Shown here: in pieces, positions 37,982 to 46,831 of the stretch
Numbering within the stretch: the first letter of the stretch is position 1
How the letters are laid out: every line of letters begins with the position of its first letter
NCBI GenBank assembly: GCA_963764715.1
Contig: CAVXTP010000022.1
Location: 160,001-224,000, forward strand
Length of the DNA: 64,000 bases
From: an uncultured Acidobacteriota bacterium
GTDB lineage: Bacteria > Acidobacteriota > Thermoanaerobaculia > UBA5066 > Gp7-AA6
Direction: 5' to 3'
Notes under the pieces: model-generated
Databases searched by the model: none
Told to the model about the DNA's origin: nothing
What the model saw: only the letters and a program-made list of their open reading frames with translations
Program-made: the position numbers and the translations under genes

Positions 37982-38955
37982 GCGAGCCGCTGCTCTCGGT
38001 CGAGGCCCTCGAGAAGCGATTCGCCGTGCGCCGCGGCCTCTTCGGCACCGCGCGCGGAACGCTTCCGGCGCTTCGCGGCGTGGACTTCGAGATCGCGAGC
38101 CGCGAATCGTTCGCCCTCGTGGGCGAGTCGGGCAGCGGCAAGACGACGGCCGGACGCATCGTGGCCCGGCTGCTCGAGCCCGACGCCGGGACGATCCGCT
38201 TCGGGGGAACCGACTGGCTGGCTCTCGAAGGCCGGGAGCTCCGTCGACGGCGCCGGGAGCTGCAGGTCGTCTTCCAGGATCCCCAGTCGTCGCTCAACCC
38301 GCGGATGCGGGCCGGCGATCAGGTCGCCGAGCCGCTCCGCGTGCAGGGGCTCGCCCGCGGGCGCGCGCTGTCGGAGCGCGTCGACGCGCTGCTCGCGAGC
38401 GTCGGCCTCTCGGCGGGCGTTGGGTCGCGATTCCCGGCGGAGCTCTCCGGCGGGCAGCGCCAGCGGGTCGCGATCGCGCGCGCCCTCGCGACCGAACCCC
38501 GGCTGATCGTCTGCGACGAGCCCGTTTCGGCGCTCGACGTCTCCGTCGCCGCGCAGATCGTCAATCTCCTCATCGACCTGCGCGAGCGCTCCGGCCTCTC
38601 GTACCTCTTCATCTCCCACGACCTCGCCGTCGTCGCGCGGATCGCGGACCGCATCGGCGTGCTCTACCTCGGACGGATCGTCGAGGAGGGGTCCGTCGGC
38701 GAGGTGACGTCCCGCCCTCTCCATCCGTACACGGCCGCGTTGGTTGCGGCCGCCCCGGATCCGGACCCCGGTGCGACGCGCTCGCGTCCGGCCGTCGCGG
38801 GCGAGCCCCCGTCGGCGGGGCAGCCCCCGCCCGGCTGTCCCTTCCACCCCCGGTGCCCCATCGCCCGGGAGCGCTGCCGCGAGGAACGTCCGGAGCTCGC
38901 GCAAGTCGCGTCGGGACGCCGCGTTGCGTGCTTTTTTCCCGGCGAAATGCCGTGA
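37978..38955 (+). CDS. Oligopeptide/dipeptide ABC ATPase (OppF/DppF type)
   Basis: ATGA overlap; GESGSGKT, FQDPQSSLNPR, LSGGQRQR, CDEPVSALD, CPFHPRCP. Confidence 0.92.
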   Translation: MSEPLLSVEALEKRFAVRRGLFGTARGTLPALRGVDFEIASRESFALVGESGSGKTTAGRIVARLLEPDAGTIRFGGTDWLALEGRELRRRRRELQVVFQDPQSSLNPRMRAGDQVAEPLRVQGLARGRALSERVDALLASVGLSAGVGSRFPAELSGGQRQRVAIARALATEPRLIVCDEPVSALDVSVAAQIVNLLIDLRERSGLSYLFISHDLAVVARIADRIGVLYLGRIVEEGSVGEVTSRPLHPYTAALVAAAPDPDPGATRSRPAVAGEPPSAGQPPPGCPFHPRCPIARERCREERPELAQVASGRRVACFFPGEMP

Positions 38956-38967
38956 TATGAGGAGTTA

Positions 38968-38996
38968 CCGAAACATTCGCCGGCCCGCTGCGTAAA
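38968..38996 (+). promoter_or_regulatory. Putative ECF-sigma promoter upstream of the tolC-like gene
   Basis: CCGAAAC-N16-CGTAAA; the same motif and spacing recur at 41472. Confidence 0.65.
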
Positions 38997-39021
38997 TTGG
39001 GGTGACATAAGGAGTCATGGC

Positions 39022-40725
39022 ATGAAGAGCTCGTTGAGGTTCCGGGGAGCGTGTGCGGCCGCGGCCGCCGGTCTCCTCATCGCGACGACCGCGGCGCTTC
39101 CGGCGCAGACGGCCGGCGCCGTCGTAAACGCCCAGCCTGGCCAGCGCACCGCGATGGCCGTTCCTGCGCCCGGGGCCGAAGGCGTTTCGCTGTCGCTCGA
39201 ACAGGCGATCCAGATCGCCATCGCCAACAACCAGGACCTGAACGTTTCGGTCAACTCTTCGGAAGCGTCGCAGTTCTTCCTCTTTCAGAACATGGGGATC
39301 TACGATCCGCTGCTGACGACCAACGTGCTGCGATCGCACACGGACCAGCCGACTTCGTCGAATCTCGCCGGCGCCGAGGTCCTGAAGAACGACAACTGGG
39401 ATGCGGACATCGGCCTGAACCAGCTGACGCCCTGGGGCGGCAGCGTCCGTTTCGGCCTGAGCGGTTCGCGCCTGCTGACGAACAACTCGTTCGCGAACGT
39501 GAACCCGGCCCTGCCCTCGGCCCTGTCGCTCAGCCTCTCCCAGCCCCTCCTGCGGAACTTTGGCCGCCTCCCGACCGAGATCAACATCTACATCGCGCGC
39601 AACAGCCGCGACGCGTCGTACCAGACACTCGTGCGCAGCGTCCAGACCGTCATCAACTCGGTCGAGCAATCCTACTGGGACCTCGTGTACGCGCGCGCGA
39701 ACCTCAAGGTGAAGGTCGAGGCCCGCGACATCGCCCGCGAGCTCAACCGCATCACGAAGATCAAGATCGACGTGGGCTCGCTCGCTCCGATCGACATCGT
39801 GCAGACCGAGGTCGGCATCGCGACGGCCGAGCAGGACATCATCAACGCCGATGCCGTCGTCGGCCTCGCCGAGGACCAGCTGCGCCGCGACCTGAACTAC
39901 GAGGCCGACACGCCGACGACCAATCACATCGTTCCGACCGACGAGTTGAAAGTCGAGCGGCGGCCCTACGATCTCGCGGAAGGCGTCCGGACCGCGCTGT
40001 CCCGCCGCCCCGAGATCGTGGCCCAGAATTACAACGTCGCGACGAACACGCTGCGCTACGACTACTGGAAGAACCAGACCATGCCGCAGCTCGACCTCGT
40101 GGCCGGCTACGGAAAGAACGGCCTGTCGGGCACCTTCTTCGACACCACCGTCAACCCGCCGGCCGTGACCGGCCGCGGTAACTGGTGGGACTCGGCCGAC
40201 CAGCTCTTCTCGGAGAACTTCAAGAACTGGCGGGTCGGGCTCGTCTTCTCGTACCCGATCCTCAATCGCGCCGCCAAGGGGGCGCGGGGCGTGGCGCAGT
40301 ACGACCTCGAGACGTCCAAAGCCGCGCTCACCGTCCTCGAGCAGGACATCGTGCTCAACGTGCGAAACGCCCATCGCGCGATCGTGACGGGAAGCCGCCA
40401 GATCGACGCGGCCGCCAAGGGGCAGGAGCTGGCCGAGCGCAACCTGGACGCCGCGCGCAAGAAGTACGACAACGGGATGACGACCTCGTTCGAGGTCTCC
40501 CAGATCCAGGTCCAGCTCTCGGACGCGCAGTCCAAGTACCTCAACGCCCTCGCCCTGTACCGCAAGGCGGTGTCGGCCTACCACCAGGCGATCGCCGACA
40601 TCCTCGACTGGAAGAACGTCAAGATCGAGGGGCTGCCCGAGATGACGCCCCCGCCGACCGTCGAGGCGCGCGCGGCCCTGATCGAGCGGGCCCTCGATCT
40701 CGGGACGCCCGCGGGCACCAAGTAA
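39022..40725 (+). CDS. TolC family outer membrane efflux protein
   Basis: Signal peptide, LSLEQAIQIA, SQPLLRNFG, YWDLV, PQLDL, two OEP repeats. Confidence 0.9.
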   Translation: MKSSLRFRGACAAAAAGLLIATTAALPAQTAGAVVNAQPGQRTAMAVPAPGAEGVSLSLEQAIQIAIANNQDLNVSVNSSEASQFFLFQNMGIYDPLLTTNVLRSHTDQPTSSNLAGAEVLKNDNWDADIGLNQLTPWGGSVRFGLSGSRLLTNNSFANVNPALPSALSLSLSQPLLRNFGRLPTEINIYIARNSRDASYQTLVRSVQTVINSVEQSYWDLVYARANLKVKVEARDIARELNRITKIKIDVGSLAPIDIVQTEVGIATAEQDIINADAVVGLAEDQLRRDLNYEADTPTTNHIVPTDELKVERRPYDLAEGVRTALSRRPEIVAQNYNVATNTLRYDYWKNQTMPQLDLVAGYGKNGLSGTFFDTTVNPPAVTGRGNWWDSADQLFSENFKNWRVGLVFSYPILNRAAKGARGVAQYDLETSKAALTVLEQDIVLNVRNAHRAIVTGSRQIDAAAKGQELAERNLDAARKKYDNGMTTSFEVSQIQVQLSDAQSKYLNALALYRKAVSAYHQAIADILDWKNVKIEGLPEMTPPPTVEARAALIERALDLGTPAGTK

Positions 40726-40729
40726 CCGC

Positions 40730-41461
40730 ATGAGCGAGGCCGCGGGGGCGGCTCCTTCGCGAGGCGGGGACTCCGGCTCCGCCGTCGGGCGGCTGGTCGG
40801 AGTCTTCGTCTCGCCGGTCCGCACGTTCGCAGCGATCGCGGCGCGCCCGACCTGGCTGCTTCCCGTCGCGGTCGGGGCGGGCCTTTCGCTTCCCGTCTCC
40901 GAGCTGATCCTGTCGAAGACCGACTGGACCGCCGTTGTGTCGGCCCAGATCGCGAAGTCCGGCCGCCACCTTCCCGAAGCCCAGATCGAGCAGGCCGCGG
41001 AGCGCGCACAGCGTCTTTCCTGGCTGTGGGACATCATCGCGATCGCCGGGCCCGTCCTCGTGCTGTTCATCGTGGCCGCCGTGCTCTGGGGCGCGTGCAA
41101 CGCGTTCGCATGGGAAGTGAAATACCGGCAGTCCCTGGGCATCGCGTCGCATGCGTTCTTTCCCGGTATCCTGACGGCGCTCGGCCTGATGGTCGCTCTC
41201 TGGAACCGCCCGACCATCGATCCCCGGAGGGTCGGAGACGTCCTGCCGACCAACCTCGGGCACTTTGCCCCGGGCACCGACGAGGTGACCCATGGCCTGC
41301 TCTCGTCGATCGACCTCTTCTCCTTCTGGACCATGGCGCTGATCGTCCTCGGGCTGTCGGCCGCCGCGAAGGCGCCGCGGGGCCGGGTGGCGGCCCTGGT
41401 GGTCAGCCTCTGGGCCCTCTACGTCCTCGGGAAGGCCGGCGCCACGGCCCTGATGGGCTGA
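40730..41461 (+). CDS. YIP1 family membrane protein (YknW-like)
   Basis: VFVSPVRTFAAI..PTW, multi-TM, SIDLFSFW. Confidence 0.8.
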   Translation: MSEAAGAAPSRGGDSGSAVGRLVGVFVSPVRTFAAIAARPTWLLPVAVGAGLSLPVSELILSKTDWTAVVSAQIAKSGRHLPEAQIEQAAERAQRLSWLWDIIAIAGPVLVLFIVAAVLWGACNAFAWEVKYRQSLGIASHAFFPGILTALGLMVALWNRPTIDPRRVGDVLPTNLGHFAPGTDEVTHGLLSSIDLFSFWTMALIVLGLSAAAKAPRGRVAALVVSLWALYVLGKAGATALMG

Positions 41462-41471
41462 TCGGGCGTCC

Positions 41472-41500
41472 CCGAAACAGGACGCCCGGAAATCCGTATA
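41472..41500 (+). promoter_or_regulatory. Putative ECF-sigma promoter upstream of the ABC ATPase gene
   Basis: CCGAAAC-N16-CGTATA. Confidence 0.65.
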
Positions 41501-41524
41501 GACAGACAGAGAGGGCTCCGCCTG

Positions 41525-42247
41525 ATGCTGATCGACATTCGGGACATCACGAAGGTGTACGAGATGGGGGAGGAGAAGGTCCATGCCCTCTCGGGGGTCT
41601 CGCTCGGCGTCGAGCGGGGCGAGTACGTCGCGATCATGGGCCCCTCCGGCTCGGGAAAGTCGACGCTGATGAACCTCGTCGGCTGCCTCGACACGCCGAC
41701 GTCCGGCTCCTACGTCCTCAACGGCAAGGAAGTCGCGCGGATGACCGACGACGAGCTCGCCGCGATCCGGAACCAGGAAATCGGGTTCGTGTTCCAGACC
41801 TTCAACCTGCTGCCGCGCACGTCCGCGATCCAGCAGGTCGAGCTGCCGCTCGTCTACGCGGGCCTTCCGCGCAAGGAGCGCCGCGAGCGCGCCGTCAAGG
41901 CGCTGAAGGCCGTGGGCCTCGGCGACCGCATGAACCACACGCCCAACGAAATGTCGGGCGGCCAGCGTCAGCGTGTGGCCGTCGCTCGCGCGCTCATCAA
42001 CGATCCGTCGATCCTGCTGGCCGACGAGCCGACGGGGAACCTCGACTCGCAGACCGGCGCCGAGATCATGGCCCTCTTCGACGAGCTCAACGCGCGCGGC
42101 AACACGATCGTCGTCGTGACGCACGAGGAAGACATCGCCGCCCACGCGCGTCGCATCGTGCGCCTGAAGGACGGCAAGATCCGCGACGACCAGGTCAACG
42201 ACCGCAAGCGTTCGGCGCTCCGGTCCGGAGCCCCGGCGGCCGTCTAG
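41525..42247 (+). CDS. MacB/LolD/YknY-type ABC ATPase
   Basis: [41 protein letters not shown]. Confidence 0.94.
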   Translation: MLIDIRDITKVYEMGEEKVHALSGVSLGVERGEYVAIMGPSGSGKSTLMNLVGCLDTPTSGSYVLNGKEVARMTDDELAAIRNQEIGFVFQTFNLLPRTSAIQQVELPLVYAGLPRKERRERAVKALKAVGLGDRMNHTPNEMSGGQRQRVAVARALINDPSILLADEPTGNLDSQTGAEIMALFDELNARGNTIVVVTHEEDIAAHARRIVRLKDGKIRDDQVNDRKRSALRSGAPAAV

Positions 42248-42261
42248 CCGGGCGCGCGGTA

Positions 42262-44166
42262 CTACCGAAGTTGGAGGGCCCGGGCCCAGGTCGGCCGGCC
42301 CCGGGCGGCGAGGAGGGCCGCGGCACGCTTCCGCCACTCGGGCGACCCGGGGTCGAGGCCGGCCAGGGTCGGGTCGCCGGCGATCCTGGCGAGGACGCCG
42401 TCCCGCTCGAGGATCTCGGACTCGACCTCCCGGGCCCGGTCGGCGGCCCGCGGCCGCGACACGCTCGCGATCTCGCGGGGATTGATTTCGTCCGAGCGCC
42501 GGAACGCCGCCAGGGCCTCCTCCAGGAAGCCGTTGCGCCGGTAGATCAGCCCCAGGTTGTAGAAGAGCACGTCGTTGTCGGGCGCCGACCCGGCCGCCTC
42601 GGAGAGCTCGCGCCGGGCCCGGGCCCAGTCGCGGCCCTCCCAGGTCATGCCGAGCATCTGGTGGAAGTTTCCGATCAGGTTCTGCGTCAGGTAGTCCTTC
42701 GGAACGCGCGGGTCGAGCTCCCCGTCGAGCCGGTCCTTGACGGGGGTGGGGGGAGGCCACGGCCGGCCGGCCCGCCACGCGCGGAAGGCCATGCCGACGG
42801 GTACGGGATCGAGCTCGGCGATCCGCCAGTTGGGATAGTGAGTCGTGTAGACGGGGTCCACGTCGGGGTTGAAAGCCAGGGGCGGAAGATTCGCCCCGCC
42901 CACGCCTTCGAGAATGAGGTCCACGTCCGGGCGGAGCCCCTCGCCGAGATTCAGGTACATGAGGATGAAGAGCACGTTGTCGTCCGACGCGATCAGGTGC
43001 GCGCCGGGAGGTAGCGTCGAGAGGAGCGTCCTTGAATAGTCCTCGCCGATCCGGTAGCGGCTGCGGTCGTTCTCGCGCCATCCCGTCGCGGCGAGCGCCA
43101 GCGGCGGCAGGAGCGCGAGGGCCGCGAGCGGCGGCCGCGTGCGTTCCGCGAGCGCCTGCCAGCCCCACCCGGCCATGAGCGAAAGCGCGAGGTACGAGGG
43201 AATGTAGTAGCGGTGCCAGAGGAAGAGGTCGCTGCGCGAGCCGTGAAGCGCCATCGTCGCGACGTTGGCGAACATGACGAGGAGCGGCAACAAGACCGGC
43301 CAGCCGCGCCTCCTCGAGGCGAGGATCGCGAGAAGGGCCAGTCCGGCGCCGGCCCACGCCGATTCGCGCAAGAGGCTCCACCCGTAGTCTCGAAGGATCG
43401 GAACGAGATCCTCCGGCCCCCGGATCCACGCGCGACCCCAGAAGTCCGACCGCAGCACGACGGACACGAAGCTCGAGGGCGTGACCGGATGTCCCCAGTC
43501 GAGCAGGGGATGCGCGCGCGCGCGAAGCGGCAGGTAGACGTAGGGGAGGAGTCCCGCGGCGCCGGCGAGAAGGCAGCTCCCGATCAGGCGCCAGCGTCTG
43601 ACGATCGCCGGGTCGGTGGCGACGACGAAGAGGCCGATGGCGAGCCCGGTGACTCCCATCTCGAGGTGGTTCGTCGCCCCCAGGCCGCAGACGAACGCCC
43701 CGGCGACGAGGTCGCGGTCGCGGCGCTCCCGGTGCCAGCGGAGGGCGAGCCGCAGCGCGAGCGCCAGGAAGAGAGCGTTTAGTGCGTAGACCCGCTGGAT
43801 GTTGGCCTCCGCCCAGAAGCTCGGCGAGAACGCGAGCAGCCATGCGGCGCCGGCCGACGCGACGACGCCGACACCGGACTCGCGCGCCGCGCGATGGAGC
43901 AAGGCGCAGGCTCCCGCCGCGCAGGCCGCCGAGAAGAGGCTCACGCTCCACGGCAGCGGCAGGAAGAAGAAGACGAGGGACCAGGCCTTCGCGAGAAGGA
44001 CGTAGAGCGGGTAGCCGGACGGATGCGGAATGCCGAGCACGGCGATCGCGGTCAGGAGGTCGCCGCTGTCGCCGACGTAGGCCGTCCGGCACGCGCCCGC
44101 GGCGTACACGGCGAGAGGAACGGCCGCGACCGCGAGGGTTCCCGCGACTTCGCGGCGAGGCTGCAT
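42262..44166 (-). CDS. DUF2723/TMEM260-like GT-C glycosyltransferase with C-terminal TPR
   Basis: GDSGDLL..LGIPHPSGYPLY, FWAEA..VYALN, TNH, YLPLRA, DWGHP; TPR YNLGLIY. Confidence 0.82.
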   Translation of the reverse strand: MQPRREVAGTLAVAAVPLAVYAAGACRTAYVGDSGDLLTAIAVLGIPHPSGYPLYVLLAKAWSLVFFFLPLPWSVSLFSAACAAGACALLHRAARESGVGVVASAGAAWLLAFSPSFWAEANIQRVYALNALFLALALRLALRWHRERRDRDLVAGAFVCGLGATNHLEMGVTGLAIGLFVVATDPAIVRRWRLIGSCLLAGAAGLLPYVYLPLRARAHPLLDWGHPVTPSSFVSVVLRSDFWGRAWIRGPEDLVPILRDYGWSLLRESAWAGAGLALLAILASRRRGWPVLLPLLVMFANVATMALHGSRSDLFLWHRYYIPSYLALSLMAGWGWQALAERTRPPLAALALLPPLALAATGWRENDRSRYRIGEDYSRTLLSTLPPGAHLIASDDNVLFILMYLNLGEGLRPDVDLILEGVGGANLPPLAFNPDVDPVYTTHYPNWRIAELDPVPVGMAFRAWRAGRPWPPPTPVKDRLDGELDPRVPKDYLTQNLIGNFHQMLGMTWEGRDWARARRELSEAAGSAPDNDVLFYNLGLIYRRNGFLEEALAAFRRSDEINPREIASVSRPRAADRAREVESEILERDGVLARIAGDPTLAGLDPGSPEWRKRAAALLAARGRPTWARALQLR

Positions 44167-44183
44167 CGGTTGACCCGGCGGCC

Positions 44184-46151
44184 TCAGCGCGCGGTCGGCG
44201 CGGCCTGGCGCAGGCGCTTCAGGTTCTCGGCGAAGAGGGCGTTGCCGGGGTCGATCCGGAGGCCCTGCTCGAGCGCCGCGATCGCCCCCGCCGTGTCGCC
44301 GCGAAGGTAGGCCACGTTGGCCCGGTACTGGTAGAGGAGGGGCAGCTTCGGCGCAATGCGCGTCGCCTCGTCGAGCTTCCGGTCGGCCGACGCGTAGTCG
44401 CCGCGGCGCGCGGCGCCGGCCGCCTCCTCGGCGAGGGCCGCCGCGCGCCTCTCGGCGTCCGAACGAGGCTCCTGGGGCAGCGGAGCTCCGAGCCGCTGGA
44501 GCGCGCGCCGCGAGGGCTCGTACTGGGGGTTGTACTTGACGGCCGTCTGGTAGTCGGCGACCGCGGCGTCCCGTTCGCCGCGCCGTTCGTGGACGACCGC
44601 CCGATTGTGGTACGCCTCGACGTTGAGAGGCTCGAGCGCGATCGCCTTCGTCAACTGTTCGAGGGCCCCGGCATAATCGCCCAGCGCGCCGAGCGCTCCC
44701 GCGTAGCTCGCCCGCAGCGCCCCGTCGTCGGGCTTCTCCGCGACGAGCTTTTCGTACGCGCGGGCGGCCTCGTCGAATCGCCCGGCTTCGAAGGCCACGG
44801 CGGCGAGGTTCCGGTCGCCGGTCGCCGACTTCGCGCCGATGTACCCGAGGCTCTGGAGCTTCTTGACGATCTCCGGGTCGACCTGCGAGTCCTGCGGGGC
44901 CGCACCGGAGGATGCCTGCGCCGTGGCGGTCTCGTAGGTCGCGACGGGCGCCGGGATCGTCAGGTCGAGGCCTTCCGCGAGAACGCGGCCCGGCATGTCG
45001 GCAGCGCGGCCGAGGCCGTTCAAGGCGAGCACGGTCGGCGCGATGTCGAGGATGGTGGGGCGGTTCAGCCGCGTCCGCGGCTTCACGCGGTGGCCGTAGA
45101 GATAGAGGATGCCCTCCGGCCGGTGAAAGACCTCGCTGACGCGCCGCATGTCCCGGGTCTTCGACGGATCGTCCTGCAGCTTCCCGAGCTCGAAGCCGTG
45201 GTCCGACAGGACGACGAGCGTCGTGCGACGGTCCATCGCGGCGAGGACGCGGCCGAGCAGCCGGTCGGCATAGGCATACATCTCCTCGACCGCCCGACCG
45301 AACTTGACCTGCTGCAGGGCGAGCTCGCCCGAAAGGTCCTGCGCCCGGAAGAGGTGGCCGAAGAGGTGCGAGGTCGAGTCGACGCCTTCGATGTAGAGCA
45401 GCAGATTGTCGGGCCTGTCTTCCTTCCAGAGCTGGAGCCCGATCGCCGTGTAGGTCTCGGCCGTGGCATAGGCCCACTTGAAGTGGGAGAGGTCGTCCTC
45501 GAAGTCGAAGGGCCGGGCGGCCTCCTCGGCCGTGACGGACACGAACGGAGCGAGCTCCGCGGGCGTGACGTCCTGCGGCCTCTTCAACGCCCCGGCGATG
45601 CGGGCCTCGACCTGCGGCGGCGAGACCTTTCCGGCGCCGCCCGCGGCGCCCGCGGCGCCTTCCTCCATCAGAAAGTGGTAGGCGAAGTGGTCCGAGACGA
45701 CGGCGCCCTTGACGGTTTCGGCCGGCCAGGTGGCCCACCAGCCGACGACGTCGACCGACCGGTTGGCCGCGGAGAGGATGTTCCAAACCGCCTGCACGCG
45801 GCGCATCTGGCTCGTGACCGGAAGCTGCTCGCCCGTCGCCGGGTTGACGGCGACGAAGTGGCCGATGCGGTGAACGTCGGGCGTCTTGCCGGTCGCCACC
45901 GTCGTCCAGATGACCGGGGAAAGCAGCGGCTTCTGGGACAGGAGCGGGGCATAGGCGCCCTCGCGGCGGAGCTTCGCGAAGTTCGGGAGCTTGCCCTCCG
46001 ACATCAGCAGGTCGATGGTCGCCGGATCGGCCCCGTCGAGCCCGAGGACGATCACGCGGCCGGGCTTCGCGCCCCGGCCGCAGGCGAGGAGGCCGAGGGC
46101 CAGAGCGGCGGCGGCCGCGAGAACCCGCGCCGCCCGGGAGGGGTGCCTCAC
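44184..46151 (-). CDS. Alkaline phosphatase superfamily (phosphodiesterase-type) lipoprotein with C-terminal TPRs
   Basis: LGLLAC lipobox, GLDGAD, SPVIWTTVATG, LSDHGF, HRPEG, LQSLGY, TPR repeats. Confidence 0.85.
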   Translation of the reverse strand: MRHPSRAARVLAAAAALALGLLACGRGAKPGRVIVLGLDGADPATIDLLMSEGKLPNFAKLRREGAYAPLLSQKPLLSPVIWTTVATGKTPDVHRIGHFVAVNPATGEQLPVTSQMRRVQAVWNILSAANRSVDVVGWWATWPAETVKGAVVSDHFAYHFLMEEGAAGAAGGAGKVSPPQVEARIAGALKRPQDVTPAELAPFVSVTAEEAARPFDFEDDLSHFKWAYATAETYTAIGLQLWKEDRPDNLLLYIEGVDSTSHLFGHLFRAQDLSGELALQQVKFGRAVEEMYAYADRLLGRVLAAMDRRTTLVVLSDHGFELGKLQDDPSKTRDMRRVSEVFHRPEGILYLYGHRVKPRTRLNRPTILDIAPTVLALNGLGRAADMPGRVLAEGLDLTIPAPVATYETATAQASSGAAPQDSQVDPEIVKKLQSLGYIGAKSATGDRNLAAVAFEAGRFDEAARAYEKLVAEKPDDGALRASYAGALGALGDYAGALEQLTKAIALEPLNVEAYHNRAVVHERRGERDAAVADYQTAVKYNPQYEPSRRALQRLGAPLPQEPRSDAERRAAALAEEAAGAARRGDYASADRKLDEATRIAPKLPLLYQYRANVAYLRGDTAGAIAALEQGLRIDPGNALFAENLKRLRQAAPTAR

Positions 46152-46184
46152 GCCGGCCGATTCTATGCTGGTACTCTCGGCGGC

Positions 46185-46814
46185 GTGGCGACCGGCAACG
46201 TCGAAAGGCTGGTGGCTGGCGTTCTGCGCGAGCTGGAGCGGCGCGGTTTCCTGCTCGAGACCGACCCGAAGCTGCCGAGCCTCGTCGCCCTCGTCGCGGG
46301 CGGGCCCGTCCGGGGCTCGTGGTGGGGGCATCCCCTGGGGCACACGATCTTCGCCACGGGCGAGACGCTGTTCCGGCACCGAGACGTCCTCCTCGTCAAG
46401 CTCGTCTCCGGGAAGGCGACCTGGGTCCATCGCCGTCTCTGGCCGGCGCTGCTCGCCGTCGCGCGTTCGCGCGAGCCGTGGCAAACCGATGGCCTGTCGG
46501 AGCCGGCGCGAGCGCTTCTCGCGATGATCGAGCGCGAGGGAGAGGCCCGCGGCGAGGGCCCGGTCGCGCTGGAGCTCGAGACGCGGCTTCTCGCGCGCGG
46601 CGAGCAGGCGCACACGCGGAGCGGACGCCATGCCAAGATCCTCGAGTCCTGGGAGCGCTGGGCCGCCCGCGTCCGGCCCGCCGTCGCGACGGTGTCGCCG
46701 GAGCAGGGCCGGCGCGAGCTGGAAGGCGTCCTCGAGGGCCTCAACGCGAGCCACGAAGGTCGGGGACGGCTTCCCTGGCAGCGCCCGGCGCGCCGCCGCG
46801 CGTCTCCGGGTTAG
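46185..46814 (+). CDS. Hypothetical protein, possibly AlkZ-related winged-helix family
   Basis: GTG start with -10 just upstream; LPSLV, GSWWGHP, KLVSGKATWVHRRLWP, HTRSGRHAK. Confidence 0.55.
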   Translation: MATGNVERLVAGVLRELERRGFLLETDPKLPSLVALVAGGPVRGSWWGHPLGHTIFATGETLFRHRDVLLVKLVSGKATWVHRRLWPALLAVARSREPWQTDGLSEPARALLAMIEREGEARGEGPVALELETRLLARGEQAHTRSGRHAKILESWERWAARVRPAVATVSPEQGRRELEGVLEGLNASHEGRGRLPWQRPARRRASPG

Positions 46815-46831
46815 AATCCGCGCCGCGAACC

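Noticed and set aside
39017-39025. Mini-ORF ATG GCA TGA overlapping the tolC-like start
   Set aside because: Two codons only; cannot be distinguished from chance without ribosome profiling.
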